Shown: positions 39,633 through 49,396 of the stretch, in pieces
Numbering within the stretch: position 1 is the stretch's first letter
Layout: each line of letters begins with the position of its first letter
DNA from: a virus
Taxonomy: Duplodnaviria; Caudoviricetes
IMG/VR virus record: IMGVR_UViG_3300038314_001058
Span: 1-62,942 of that record
Strand: one strand, 5' to 3'
DNA: 62,942 bases
The notes under the pieces: model-generated
What the model saw: only the letters and a program-made list of their open reading frames with translations
Databases searched by the model: none
Told to the model about the DNA's origin: nothing
Program-made: the position numbers and the translations under genes

Positions 39633-39961
39633 GCAACAGCGAGAAGCTGCTGATCGCCCGTCGGCGCTCAAACTTCACGCAGGAAGCAATGGCTGCGATC
39701 TATGGCGTCAGCCGCAACGTCTACGGTGAGATGGAGCGGGGACAGCGAGAGGTCAAGGACTATCGCGAAGGAAATGTTGAGCCGCTCAAAGATCATGAGA
39801 AGCTACTGATCGCCAGACGGCGGGCAGAACTGAAACAGGAAGACATCGCAGAGGAGATTGGGGTCACCAGATACTGGCTGAACAGAATGGAGCTTGGTCA
39901 CGTGCCGCTCTGCAAGGAGTTCGTCATGTTCTGGGAGGACTACTATGCAAGGGGACAGTAA
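39605..39961 (+). CDS. Tandem XRE-type HTH regulator
   Basis: Two repeats of EKLLIARRR...Q...A...GV.R......ME.G. Confidence 0.8.
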   Translation: MVEISIEGLSNSEKLLIARRRSNFTQEAMAAIYGVSRNVYGEMERGQREVKDYREGNVEPLKDHEKLLIARRRAELKQEDIAEEIGVTRYWLNRMELGHVPLCKEFVMFWEDYYARGQ

Positions 39962-42314
39962 GCTCTCTATTGACTTCCTGAAGAAGTTCGCGCCGAACTC
40001 GCCTTGGGTTCTTACAGCGATCCAGATCGATAAGAAACGTATCGAGACCAGGACATTCTCACCTGACAATGCGTCGGACTGTCGCTACTGGATCGACAAA
40101 TATAACGGCGAGCGAAACATCTACTTCCACGTCAATGAAGTGATGAAGGAGATGAAGTCCAAGGCTCACAAGGAAGATATCAAGGCCGCGCATTGGCTCC
40201 ACATTGATATCGACCCAGCGGCGGGGCAAGACCTCGACGAGGAGCGCGAGCGCGCCCTCGGGCTTCTGACCGACGGCCTGCCGAAAGGCATACCGAAGCC
40301 GACCGTGATCGTGTTCTCTGGTGGTGGTTATCAGGGATTCTGGCGTCTCAAGTCTCCGGTGCTGGTGGATGGTGACGTCAAGAAGTGCGAGGACTTCGAG
40401 CTCTACAACAAGAGACTGGAGCAGGTCTTCGGCGGCGACCACTGTCATAACATCGACCGAATTATGCGCTTGCCGGGTACGATCAACGTGCCGGACGCGA
40501 AGAAGCGTAAGGCCGGTCGTACTGAAGAGATGGCGATCTGCCTCGACTTCAACAAGAACAGATACGATCTGTCTGACTTCCGCAAAGCCCAAGCGGTGCA
40601 GATTGATGGACATCAGGGCGGCGAGTACGGGGTCACTGTCAACATCCCCGGCAACGTGGAGCGAATCCAGGACCTGTCTGAGCTCGACGAGTGGAGCGTC
40701 CCGGACCGGGTGAAGATCATCATCGCCCAAGGGAGGCACCCTGACCAACCGAAGGAGGGTGACAACTCCAGATCGGCATGGGTCTTTGACTGCATCTGCC
40801 AGCTTTTCCGGGCCGGTGTTCCTGATGAGGTTGTCTACTCCATCTTTACGGACCCAGACTGGGCGATCTCTGAAAGCATCCTCGAGTCCAAGAACCCTCA
40901 GCGTTACATCACCCGTCAGATGACACGGGGCAAGGAGCAGGTCGAAGACCCGAACCTTCGCATGATGAACGAGCGTCACGCAATCATCGGTAACATTGGC
41001 GGGAAGTGCCGCGTTATCGAAGAGGTGGAAGACGAGGTCATGGGCCGCTCCAGGCTGACGATCTCCTCCTTCGAAGATGTCCGCAACCGCTACTCACATA
41101 TGAAGGTGAAGGTGGCTGTCGACAAAGAAGGCAACGACGTGATGAAGCCGCTCGGCAAGTATTGGCTTGATCACCCCATGCGACGCCAGTTCGATTACAT
41201 GCGGTTCATGCCGCAAGGTGACCGACCGGGCGTCTACAACCTCTGGAGGGGATTCAGTGTTGAACCCAAGCCGGGAAACTGTGACCTTTATCTCAACCAC
41301 CTGCGCGACAACGTCTGCGGAGGAAGACAGGAGTACTACGAGTATCTCATCAAGTGGATGGCGCGGGCAGTGCAGAACCCAGCTTCGCCTGGAGAAGTCG
41401 CCGTCGTTATGCGAGGAGGTAAGGGCACGGGTAAGTCGATCACTGCAAGCGTCTTTGGAAAGCTCTTTGGCCGACATCATCTCCACGTCGCAAACCCCTC
41501 CCACCTCGTCGGAAACTTCAACGCTCACCTACGAGATGTTATCTGCCTGTTTGCCGATGAAGCGTTCTTCGCAGGCGACAAGAAGCACGAGTCCGTCCTC
41601 AAGATGCTCGTCACCGAAGACAGCATCCCAATCGAACAGAAAGGGGTCGATGTCGAGACATATCCCAACTATGTTCACCTCATCATGGCAGCCAATGACC
41701 CGCATGTCATCCGGGCATCAGGTGATGAGCGACGCTACTTTGTGCTAGAGGTCCTGAAGAACAATCAGCAGGATGCAGACTACTTCGGCAAGCTGATTGA
41801 CCAGATCAACAACGGTGGACTGGAGGCCCTGCTCTTCCATCTTCAAGGGATTGATCTCAGTGACTTCCAGGTCCGTAACGTGCCGCAGACAGATGCACTT
41901 CAAGAACAGAAGCTGCTGTCCATGTCGGTCGACGAAGAATGGTGGTTCCGGAAGCTCCAGAACGGCAGGCTGTTGGATTCTGACAGTGAGTGGACCGGGT
42001 CCGTTCCCTGTGACAGCATCGTTAGCGACTTCACTGCTTATGCCGAGAAGTGGCGTTTCAACCGACGCGGTAACGAGACTGCCCTTGGGCGATTCCTCAG
42101 CCGGGTCTGCCCTCACGTTGGTCGCCAACAACGACGCGTCACGGTCGATGTGTTCAATGAAGACGAGATGCGGCAGGAGCGCAAGAAGCGCCGTGTCTAC
42201 TTCTACGACTTCGGCTCGCTGGAAGCCTGCCGCGAGGCTTGGGAAAAGACCTACGGCAAGGTGAAGTGGGAAGAGGTGCAAGATGGAGAAGAACTCATCC
42301 AAGACCCCTTCTGA
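39945..42314 (+). CDS. Primase-helicase (RepB'-like primase plus SF3/DUF5906-like helicase)
   Basis: HIDID, FSGGGYQGFW, RIMRLPGTIN; GGKGTGKS, FADEA, ERRYFVL. Confidence 0.88.
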   Translation: MQGDSKLSIDFLKKFAPNSPWVLTAIQIDKKRIETRTFSPDNASDCRYWIDKYNGERNIYFHVNEVMKEMKSKAHKEDIKAAHWLHIDIDPAAGQDLDEERERALGLLTDGLPKGIPKPTVIVFSGGGYQGFWRLKSPVLVDGDVKKCEDFELYNKRLEQVFGGDHCHNIDRIMRLPGTINVPDAKKRKAGRTEEMAICLDFNKNRYDLSDFRKAQAVQIDGHQGGEYGVTVNIPGNVERIQDLSELDEWSVPDRVKIIIAQGRHPDQPKEGDNSRSAWVFDCICQLFRAGVPDEVVYSIFTDPDWAISESILESKNPQRYITRQMTRGKEQVEDPNLRMMNERHAIIGNIGGKCRVIEEVEDEVMGRSRLTISSFEDVRNRYSHMKVKVAVDKEGNDVMKPLGKYWLDHPMRRQFDYMRFMPQGDRPGVYNLWRGFSVEPKPGNCDLYLNHLRDNVCGGRQEYYEYLIKWMARAVQNPASPGEVAVVMRGGKGTGKSITASVFGKLFGRHHLHVANPSHLVGNFNAHLRDVICLFADEAFFAGDKKHESVLKMLVTEDSIPIEQKGVDVETYPNYVHLIMAANDPHVIRASGDERRYFVLEVLKNNQQDADYFGKLIDQINNGGLEALLFHLQGIDLSDFQVRNVPQTDALQEQKLLSMSVDEEWWFRKLQNGRLLDSDSEWTGSVPCDSIVSDFTAYAEKWRFNRRGNETALGRFLSRVCPHVGRQQRRVTVDVFNEDEMRQERKKRRVYFYDFGSLEACREAWEKTYGKVKWEEVQDGEELIQDPF

Positions 42315-42530
42315 GGACGACCCGCACGACGATTGGACCGCTGACCTTGCCAACCTAAGACCCTCAGGGAGCCATACAGGGCAACCAATGGGCCAAGGGG
42401 CAAGGGCAGCGCCACAGGGCAACCCGGCCACCAGTGCGGCGCTCAGCGGCCCCTCAGAGGCACCTGAAACAAAGGGTTAGCACCCACCAGCGCGGCGGGT
42501 TACAATGTGGGGGCAATTAAGGAGGCACCT

Positions 42531-42719
42531 ATGGCAGACTGCATTTCTAAGAACCCCTGTAAACTGGCTTTCATCGTGGAAAACCTCAGAGACCTGTTCT
42601 CTGAGGCCAAGCCGGAGGTCGATGCTGAACAACATTGCATTGACTGGCTGGAGACCCAGGACGACCTGATCGACAGCGGTGACTCCCTTGACTATGACGG
42701 CCCTCTCACTTGGGCATAA
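42531..42719 (+). CDS. Hypothetical protein
   Basis: SD AAGGAGG; TACAAT -10 box at 42501. Confidence 0.65.
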   Translation: MADCISKNPCKLAFIVENLRDLFSEAKPEVDAEQHCIDWLETQDDLIDSGDSLDYDGPLTWA

Positions 42720-42734
42720 CATGGAGACTATGGT

Positions 42735-43043
42735 ATGAAATACATAATGTTTGAGGATGACATTGGTGGGAAATATCCTGTCATCTTCCCCGAGAGCTTC
42801 GTACACGCTGACGTCGCACAGACCATGCGTCGGATGAAGTTCGGCAAGCTGAAGCCGGTCAACGCTGGCTTCCTCTGCAACAAGAACGGCAAGACCTATG
42901 GGACCAGCGAGTCCATGGGTCTCGGTTCCAAGCCTTCGGATGGTGACTACATCCTCCTGGGCGAAGCTGTCCGGTTCATGGACGAAGCCCAAGTGGTGTC
43001 GCTCGCTGCACTGTATCGCGAAAAGTATGGAGTAGAGCAATGA
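42735..43043 (+). CDS. Hypothetical protein
   Basis: MKYIMF...PVIFP...H; SD GGAG. Confidence 0.65.
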   Translation: MKYIMFEDDIGGKYPVIFPESFVHADVAQTMRRMKFGKLKPVNAGFLCNKNGKTYGTSESMGLGSKPSDGDYILLGEAVRFMDEAQVVSLAALYREKYGVEQ

Positions 43044-43345
43044 ACAAGACCTTCCGTGAACACGTCACCAGCACGAAGTTCGCACTGACGCTGTCCAAGT
43101 CGATGATCTTCCATCTGCTCTGGTTGTCAGAATCACAACACGTCTGCGGAAGGAGTCATCTGACGCTGGCAGGCCTCACCGATACCACGGTCCCGACCCG
43201 TGGTCGTCTGGCGGCGCGCGGTCTGGTCTACTCACCAGACCCGAACTTCCCCGGCAACTACAAGCTGACCCGCGCCGGTGAGCTCGTCGTCGAGCTGATC
43301 AAGGAAGCTGGTCTTGATGAAGAGTTTAAGGAAGTGATTGAATGA
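43040..43345 (+). CDS. Hypothetical protein, possibly winged-helix
   Basis: L.ARGLV...YKLTRAG..V; ATGA coupling. Confidence 0.55.
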   Translation: MNKTFREHVTSTKFALTLSKSMIFHLLWLSESQHVCGRSHLTLAGLTDTTVPTRGRLAARGLVYSPDPNFPGNYKLTRAGELVVELIKEAGLDEEFKEVIE

Positions 43346-44340
43346 AACCAATGCTCGCCGGGAAGTACGTTCCCGAGAAAGTGGAGAAGCTTCTCCCTGT
43401 CTACGCTCAGCTGAAGTTTGACGGCATTCGTGTCTTCATCCGTGATGGGGTCGCCTACACCCGGTCGTTGAAACCGGTGCGGTCCGAGCAGATTCAGTCC
43501 ATGGTCGCCAACAACAAGTCGCTGGAGGGCTACGACGGAGAGCTCATCTGCGGTGATCCTGCGGCTCACAACTGCTATCAGCGGACCATGTCTTCGGTGA
43601 TGGCGTTCAACCAGCCGGATGATGATGTTCGGTTCTATCTGTTCGACAAGTGGGATGAGCCGAATCCCTTCAAGCTCCGCCTGCTGACGATCATCGACGA
43701 TTCCGAGATGGGTCGCCTCCCTTCTTGGGCTATCCCCGCCGAGACTCTACTGATGCAGACCATCGAGGAGATCGACGACTACATGATGGAGAAGTTCGCC
43801 GAAGGTCACGAGGGCATCATCCTCAGGAACCCGGAGTCCTTCTACAAGTACGGTCGTGGAACGCCGACCCAGTGCGAACTGATCAAGGTCAAGGACGGTC
43901 GTTGGATCGACACCGAGGGCGTGGTCATCGGCAAGCGAGAAGAGATGGAGAACACCAATGACGCAGAAATCAACGCGCTGGGATACACCGAACGAAAAGG
44001 CGGGCAGGCTGGTCTCGTCGGGAAAGGCAGTCTTGGCTCAGTCCAGGTCCGGGGCACCTTTGGCACTGACGATCTTATCCCGGCTCACGTACGAGGAACG
44101 GATTATGAATGCAGTATCGGTTCCGGATTCGATGCAGCCCAACGAGAAGAGCTCTGGCAAGAAGATCTGACAGGTCGGATCGTCAAGTTCAAGTTCTTCA
44201 CCTCCGGCATCAAAGACAGACCACGCTTCCCCATCTTCATCGGCTGGCGTGACCCTGATGACATGGACCCCGGCGCGGCCGAGCAAATGAACCTGTTCGA
44301 CGGAGAAGACTTCTTCTACGATCCAGACGGAGCGTTCTAA
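43342..44340 (+). CDS. ATP-dependent DNA ligase
   Basis: KPMLA, KFDGIR, DGEL, EGIILR, YKYGR, IGSGF, PRFP. Confidence 0.92.
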   Translation: MKPMLAGKYVPEKVEKLLPVYAQLKFDGIRVFIRDGVAYTRSLKPVRSEQIQSMVANNKSLEGYDGELICGDPAAHNCYQRTMSSVMAFNQPDDDVRFYLFDKWDEPNPFKLRLLTIIDDSEMGRLPSWAIPAETLLMQTIEEIDDYMMEKFAEGHEGIILRNPESFYKYGRGTPTQCELIKVKDGRWIDTEGVVIGKREEMENTNDAEINALGYTERKGGQAGLVGKGSLGSVQVRGTFGTDDLIPAHVRGTDYECSIGSGFDAAQREELWQEDLTGRIVKFKFFTSGIKDRPRFPIFIGWRDPDDMDPGAAEQMNLFDGEDFFYDPDGAF

Positions 44341-44513
44341 TGGCTGACAACGATTATGTTCTAGAAGACAGGGTGACTTCTGTTCTTTCCATGCTGCTGG
44401 TCATCAACAATCGTCTGTTACAGGTGGCTTTCAAGCGTAAGATGTCGGACAACGTGAAGAACGAGATCATCAACCTCCTTCGATCTTGTATTGACCACCT
44501 GGAGCGTATCTGA
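44340..44513 (+). CDS. Small hypothetical protein (57 aa, absent from the ORF track)
   Basis: TAATG and TGATG coupling at both ends; MADNDYVLEDRV...HLERI. Confidence 0.55.
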   Translation: MADNDYVLEDRVTSVLSMLLVINNRLLQVAFKRKMSDNVKNEIINLLRSCIDHLERI

Positions 44514-44782
44514 TGTATGGTCGTCCCAGCGGACCGGTCTACACGCCGGAACTCATCAAGCATCCGTGGAAGCGGAGTGGGAAGCGTGTGGTTGTCATTC
44601 CAAACGATGACAGCTTCTGTAAGGACTTAGTCGGTCGGGAGGGAGTTGCCGTCGGGCCGAACGGTCCTGGCAGACAGCTTGTCTATTTCGACAACTACAT
44701 CGACCTCAACATCGAAGAGAAATTTCTCGCTCCGATCCCTCAGGGTGAACACTTGTTCATCACACGCAACCGCTCAGGCTGA
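44513..44782 (+). CDS. Hypothetical protein
   Basis: Coupled ORF. Confidence 0.55.
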   Translation: MYGRPSGPVYTPELIKHPWKRSGKRVVVIPNDDSFCKDLVGREGVAVGPNGPGRQLVYFDNYIDLNIEEKFLAPIPQGEHLFITRNRSG

Positions 44783-44792
44783 AACTTTACGG

Positions 44793-44821
44793 TTGTCATT
44801 TGCACCTGCCGTGCCTATGGT
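44793..44821 (+). promoter_or_regulatory. TTGTCATTTGC-class promoter 2
   Basis: TTGTCA-17-TATGGT. Confidence 0.8.
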
Positions 44822-44858
44822 GGGTGCATAAGTAAACCCCCAAGCCTATGAGGATACT

Positions 44859-45164
44859 ATGGCAAGAACTCCCGACGCGAAGACCATCTATGCAGATGAG
44901 GCCCCGAACTTCAAACGTCTCTATGAGATGAAGGGCGATGCAGAGATGTCCCGCATGATGGGCCTGTCGGCCTGTGCGAAGATGCTCCGGGACAACAAGG
45001 TGCGTCCCGCCTACGAAATGGCAGCGGCCCATCTGCTGGCTCAGATGGAAGAGCCCGCCAAAGAGAGCTTGGCGATCGTCGTCAATGGCAAGCCCGAAGC
45101 GATGGAGCCGGTGCTGGCTGTCATCAAGGCAATGAACCTTCTTTACCTGGAGTTGGACCTGTGA
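44859..45164 (+). CDS. Hypothetical protein
   Basis: SD GAGG and ACTATGGC start context. Confidence 0.7.
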   Translation: MARTPDAKTIYADEAPNFKRLYEMKGDAEMSRMMGLSACAKMLRDNKVRPAYEMAAAHLLAQMEEPAKESLAIVVNGKPEAMEPVLAVIKAMNLLYLELDL

Positions 45165-46270
45165 CCAAACACCTCGTATTCGTGACCCCCGGCCTCATCG
45201 ACCTGCGGTCGTTCAACACCTTCGGCTTCAATGCAAAACCGAACACGGAGAACCCAATCGGGTTCTTCGGCACCGGCCTGAAGATCAGCGTGGCGGTCAT
45301 CGCCCGCTTGGGCTGTAAGATGACCGTCCTGATCGACGGTGTGGAGCACGAGTTCTACACCTCCAAGACCGAGTTCCGTGGCAAGGAATTCGATGCAATC
45401 CAGATGCGGAAACGCAAGGGACTGATGTCCCGCTGGAACTACACGAAGATGCCGTATACGACCGAGCTTGGCAAGAACTGGGAGCCGTGGCAGGTCTACC
45501 GCGAACTCGAGTCCAACACGCGGGACGAGGGTGGGCACACAGAGATCGTCGATGACGAGGATCCTCATGGTATGTCGTTCCTCAACGACGACCACAAGGG
45601 CAAGACGGTCATCATCGTCGATGAGCCCTCGATCGTCGCCGTTCATGAGCAGCGAGACAAGATCTTCCTGCCCAAGGAGGAGCTGGAGCTCATCGCCGAG
45701 AGCGGGCGGTTGGAGATCTACGACGCCCCGTCCAGTCACATCTACTATCGCGGGATGCGGGTGCTGGACCTGGACAAAGAGTCCGAGCTCACCTACAACA
45801 TCACGTGTGAGCAGCGGCTGACTGAGGATCGTACCCTCTACTCCTGGAACGCCCTGTGGGAGATCCGCAACTTCTTCACGGTGGTCTGCGAGGATACCGA
45901 TCTCCTTCGGCGGGTTCTCAAGCTGGACGAGTCCAAGTGGGAATCGAACATCGAGTTCGACAACACCTTCACCACGATGGGTGATGTCTTCCGCAAGACC
46001 ACCGACCGCATGGTCGCCGCTGGAGAAGTGATCCTGCCACGCGTCATCACGCTTCGTGAACGCTACGTCCGGGCCGAGTCAACTGAGCCTGAGACGTCAG
46101 TCACGATGAAGGACAGTGAGTGGCAGGCTCTCCGGAAAATTCTGGGAGAATATGACTCAGTTGAGATGTCTGTTCGCCTTGGCTGGGCCGAAGACGATCC
46201 CCGTCTGAAGGTGGTCGACAAGCTGATCGGTCTGATCCCGGACGACGTCGAAGACGAGATCGAGTTCTGA
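45161..46270 (+). CDS. GHKL-like ATPase domain protein (apparently permuted)
   Basis: NPIGFFGTGLK precedes RELESNTRDE. Confidence 0.6.
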   Translation: MTKHLVFVTPGLIDLRSFNTFGFNAKPNTENPIGFFGTGLKISVAVIARLGCKMTVLIDGVEHEFYTSKTEFRGKEFDAIQMRKRKGLMSRWNYTKMPYTTELGKNWEPWQVYRELESNTRDEGGHTEIVDDEDPHGMSFLNDDHKGKTVIIVDEPSIVAVHEQRDKIFLPKEELELIAESGRLEIYDAPSSHIYYRGMRVLDLDKESELTYNITCEQRLTEDRTLYSWNALWEIRNFFTVVCEDTDLLRRVLKLDESKWESNIEFDNTFTTMGDVFRKTTDRMVAAGEVILPRVITLRERYVRAESTEPETSVTMKDSEWQALRKILGEYDSVEMSVRLGWAEDDPRLKVVDKLIGLIPDDVEDEIEF

Positions 46271-46536
46271 TGGGAAGAGCCCCGTATCAGGACCTGCCGC
46301 CGAGGGGTGATCTCCCTCGGCGCGAATTCCGGAAGCCCATCGGTAGGAAGTGGTCTGAGTTCATCTTCGGTCGGAGGCTCAACATCGCTCATTTCAAGAA
46401 GTATGGCTGGGTCCGGGTCCGCGCCTATCGTCTAGATGACGGCCGTATCTTCTACACTGACCCAGTCCGTTGCGGGAGCCGTTTCACTGGGCAGAACAGC
46501 CGATTCGTCGGAGAGTACCTTATCAAGAAGCGATAA
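46270..46536 (+). CDS. Basic hypothetical protein
   Basis: TGATG coupling. Confidence 0.5.
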   Translation: MGRAPYQDLPPRGDLPRREFRKPIGRKWSEFIFGRRLNIAHFKKYGWVRVRAYRLDDGRIFYTDPVRCGSRFTGQNSRFVGEYLIKKR

Positions 46537-46543
46537 ATAGCGG

Positions 46544-46572
46544 TTGTCATTTGCACGGCTGGCCGCTATTAT
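46544..46572 (+). promoter_or_regulatory. TTGTCATTTGC-class promoter 3
   Basis: TTGTCA-17-TATTAT. Confidence 0.8.
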
Positions 46573-46599
46573 GGGGTCATAAGCTAAGGAGGCTTTACT

Positions 46600-46842
46600 A
46601 TGGCAGTTCGTTATCTCTCTGCTGAGACTATGTCTCAAGACGACTTCGGCGTTCCCTTCACCCACAAAGAGGGTGAGATTGTCTGGGACGCGAAGACTAT
46701 CTACGGTTCCTGGGCTACTATGACCCAGAAGTCCTTCAATCAGCACGCTCACGTCTCGGTCCGCCAGAACGGCCCGAAGCAGGGCCTCGGCCAGAAGTAC
46801 CGGCGCGCGGCCGACGGCACCTTGCCCAAGGTGGGAGGCTGA
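46600..46842 (+). CDS. Hypothetical protein
   Basis: SD AAGGAGG; DAKT..GSWA.M...GLGQKY. Confidence 0.7.
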   Translation: MAVRYLSAETMSQDDFGVPFTHKEGEIVWDAKTIYGSWATMTQKSFNQHAHVSVRQNGPKQGLGQKYRRAADGTLPKVGG

Positions 46843-46843
46843 T

Positions 46844-47035
46844 ATGGTCGAGCTCCTGATCAAGATCTGTGTCTTCTTCCTCTCCTCAGCAGTCGGCGTG
46901 ATGATCATCATGATCATCCTGGAGATCGGCGGTGACTCTTCGACCGACTGGTTCCGACGTGGGGCAGTCAACGCAAGCGCAATCGTCGGCACATTCTTCG
47001 GAATTGCCGCCCTCATCCTGTCGCTGTTCCTATGA
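46844..47035 (+). CDS. Small two-TM membrane protein
   Basis: Two hydrophobic segments; SD GGAGG. Confidence 0.6.
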   Translation: MVELLIKICVFFLSSAVGVMIIMIILEIGGDSSTDWFRRGAVNASAIVGTFFGIAALILSLFL

Positions 47036-47262
47036 CTGTGTTCACTGGAAAAGAAGGCGTTCAGACCTTCCGCGCTGCCGCCCTCAAGGCAGGCATTCGT
47101 CTCTACATCCGTACCGGCATGAAGCCGAATCGGGCGTGGACCATCACCAACATGCTGCGCGCCGCTGGTGAGATCACCGGCAAGAAATACAAGCGTGGTC
47201 AGGGCGAGCAAGCCATGACCGACCTTGAGGCGTGGCTCGAAGAGAACGGAACAGCAGGATGA
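47032..47262 (+). CDS. Hypothetical protein
   Basis: GMKPNR....ITGKKYKRG; coupled. Confidence 0.65.
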   Translation: MTVFTGKEGVQTFRAAALKAGIRLYIRTGMKPNRAWTITNMLRAAGEITGKKYKRGQGEQAMTDLEAWLEENGTAG

Positions 47263-47567
47263 TCCACACGTTTCCTTTCATCCGTTGGTATCGTGACCGC
47301 CGTGGTGACAGCGACTGCGATACCTGCACCCTGATCATCGATGAAGAGCAGAACGGCGTCGAGGTTCGCGAGACCTACTCGACCGATGATTATCAACGGC
47401 TGGCACGGGACTTCCCGCGCCGCAAGTTCCACACGATCACGCTGGTCCACGATCAGGACAGCAATCGCACGGTCTCCAACCAAAAGACCGATAACCTCAA
47501 ATCCCTGCGCCCGGACCTCTGGGACAGGATCAACAAGTTCTACCCGTTCGAGGAGAAGCCGAAATGA
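47259..47567 (+). CDS. Hypothetical protein
   Basis: ATGA coupling. Confidence 0.55.
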   Translation: MIHTFPFIRWYRDRRGDSDCDTCTLIIDEEQNGVEVRETYSTDDYQRLARDFPRRKFHTITLVHDQDSNRTVSNQKTDNLKSLRPDLWDRINKFYPFEEKPK

Positions 47568-48112
47568 ACCTGTTCGTCACCCATACCGACCCAGAGATCT
47601 GTGCGCAGAACCTCGACGACAAGCGCGTCGGCAAGCTGCTCATGGAAGCGAACCAGATGCTGTCGCTGGCGATCAAGGTCAGGCTCGACTCGAAACACTG
47701 GGAACCATTCGTCGGACCAGGAATGCTGACCGCTGGCCTGTCGCACAAGAACCATCCGGTTTCGATCTGGGTTCGCGATTCGTTTGGCAACTTCGGCTGG
47801 ACCCTCCAACACGCCATGTTCCTGGGCAGGGAGTTCGAGCATCGCTTTGGTAAGAAACATGACAGTGCGAGGCGAACCTCGTTCATATATGATTCTGGGT
47901 TGTCCGCATTTCTCTTCAACGTCATGTCGAAGGATGACCCAAAGACGGAGGAGATGACGCCGTTCCAGAACAGCGCTCGCCATGGAGGTCTCGGCATCGA
48001 CTTCACACACCTGCCGGTTCCGGAGTCGTATCAAGCCTATCTCCGCAACCGTTGGCAGGGCGACGCTCGTGCGCCACGCTGGACCAACCGCGAAGTTCCG
48101 GAGTGGGTGTGA
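47564..48112 (+). CDS. Pyrimidine-dimer DNA glycosylase/DenV-like family protein
   Basis: MNLF....DP..CA..LDDKRV.K...E..QMLS, HKNHP...W, EF..RFGK.H. Confidence 0.7.
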   Translation: MNLFVTHTDPEICAQNLDDKRVGKLLMEANQMLSLAIKVRLDSKHWEPFVGPGMLTAGLSHKNHPVSIWVRDSFGNFGWTLQHAMFLGREFEHRFGKKHDSARRTSFIYDSGLSAFLFNVMSKDDPKTEEMTPFQNSARHGGLGIDFTHLPVPESYQAYLRNRWQGDARAPRWTNREVPEWV

Positions 48113-48324
48113 TGCTCGTACCTCGCAAGTCTTCGCTTTATATCTCGATGGATGCCCGTCCGCCGAGATTCAACCTCTTCAAGTGGTTTCGCTGCAAACA
48201 TGAGGAGAAGATGGAGATTTCCTGGACCGATTATCGTAGTGGTCCAGGGTGGATGAGTGATTCATATGAGGCCTGTGTCTGCAAGAATTGCGGTGCAGCC
48301 CTGAGCAAGAGGAGAACATACTGA
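48112..48324 (+). CDS. Small hypothetical protein, Zn-ribbon-like
   Basis: FRCKH...CKNCG. Confidence 0.5.
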   Translation: MLVPRKSSLYISMDARPPRFNLFKWFRCKHEEKMEISWTDYRSGPGWMSDSYEACVCKNCGAALSKRRTY

Positions 48325-48683
48325 TGCTGATTCCTGATCCGGTCATCATCGGTTACCCAGCGCCTCGACATCCTCTGGTGATTGGCAAGCTCTCTGGGCA
48401 TGACCTCAAAGAAGAAGTGATCTATGGTCACCGGATCATCTACAGCACATTCGACGGGGACGCAGTGTTCGCCGTCCAATGCTCGTGGGTTCCTTCCAAT
48501 CCCAAGCGGCAGGAGCTCGTGACCATCCTTCGTCCCGATGGACCTATCCCCGATGAACTCTGGGAGTGCGTCGGCTTCGAACGGATCAAGCCCAAGGGAG
48601 ACGGGCGGACCCCGCCCACTCCATGCCCCGAATCCTTTGTGGACTACCTTGCAAGAAGGAGAAGAGAACGTGTACACCCTTGA
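48324..48683 (+). CDS. Hypothetical protein
   Basis: SD AGGAG; TGATG coupling. Confidence 0.5.
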   Translation: MLIPDPVIIGYPAPRHPLVIGKLSGHDLKEEVIYGHRIIYSTFDGDAVFAVQCSWVPSNPKRQELVTILRPDGPIPDELWECVGFERIKPKGDGRTPPTPCPESFVDYLARRRRERVHP

Positions 48684-48918
48684 CGCGATGCGTGAGACAG
48701 TGAAGGTCGCCAATGAACGCGGCTATGCTGACGTCGAATACGAGACCGCCTCGGTCGACATGAATCATCTGGAGGACATGCTCTTCCAGATGGAGACAGG
48801 AGTGTTCAGCGAGGGCAAGATCAACCGCTGGCTCGGCTACGCTCAGGGCGTGTTGGTCGCCAACGAGATCCTGACGCTCGAAGACGCCATGGAGATCAAC
48901 AAGAAACACGCCGACTAG
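48670..48918 (+). CDS. Hypothetical protein
   Basis: HL..M...KINRWLGYAQGVL motif; GTG start. Confidence 0.6.
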   Translation: MYTLDAMRETVKVANERGYADVEYETASVDMNHLEDMLFQMETGVFSEGKINRWLGYAQGVLVANEILTLEDAMEINKKHAD

Positions 48919-48929
48919 AAACTTGGCAG

Positions 48930-48958
48930 TTGTCATTTGCCCTGCCCCGTGCCATTAT
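48930..48958 (+). promoter_or_regulatory. TTGTCATTTGC-class promoter 4
   Basis: TTGTCA-17-CATTAT. Confidence 0.7.
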
Positions 48959-49001
48959 AAGGCATGGGGCATTTTGCCTTTTTAGAAAGAGGATACAATC
49001 T

Positions 49002-49208
49002 ATGGCACGTGAACTTGCAGTCAACTCGTCCGCGATCGAGTCTGCCACCTACGATCTCACCAGCGGTGACCTCGTGGTCAACTTCCACAGCGGTGCGACG
49101 ACCACCTATGGCAACGTCCCGCCCGATGTTGTCCTTGAGCTTGAGGTTGCGCCGTCGTCCGGCCGCTACTTCAACCAGAACATCCGCGGCCAGTTTCCGG
49201 AGAAGTGA
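49002..49208 (+). CDS. KTSC domain protein
   Basis: VNSSAIES..YD....L.V.FHSG...Y.NVP......L..APS.GRYFN.NIR. Confidence 0.85.
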   Translation: MARELAVNSSAIESATYDLTSGDLVVNFHSGATTTYGNVPPDVVLELEVAPSSGRYFNQNIRGQFPEK

Positions 49209-49209
49209 C

Positions 49210-49395
49210 GTGGCGACTCCGGAAGAAGTTATCAGCATCATCCGCAAGGAGAATGCCAAGCTGAAGCGCCGACGCGTCTATCGCTGGTTCGGCCAGAAGC
49301 TGAACATCATGCTGGACGGAGCCATCTCCGCCCTTCTCTTCTTCGGGCTTCTTAAGTTGCTCGGAGCAGAGTTCACTTTTACCTTCGGAGGTTGA
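49210..49395 (+). CDS. Small membrane protein
   Basis: GTG start with SD GGAG; C-terminal TM segment. Confidence 0.5.
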   Translation: MATPEEVISIIRKENAKLKRRRVYRWFGQKLNIMLDGAISALLFFGLLKLLGAEFTFTFGG

Positions 49396-49396
49396 A

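Noticed and set aside
39945-42314. Integrase/lysogeny module next to the HTH gene
   Set aside because: Motifs are primase plus SF3 helicase; no tyrosine or serine recombinase was recognised anywhere
46714-46722. LUZ24/tf-type nick motif TACTRTGMC (also at ~52549)
   Set aside because: Only a couple of exact matches noticed; most ACTATG sites are explained as start codons
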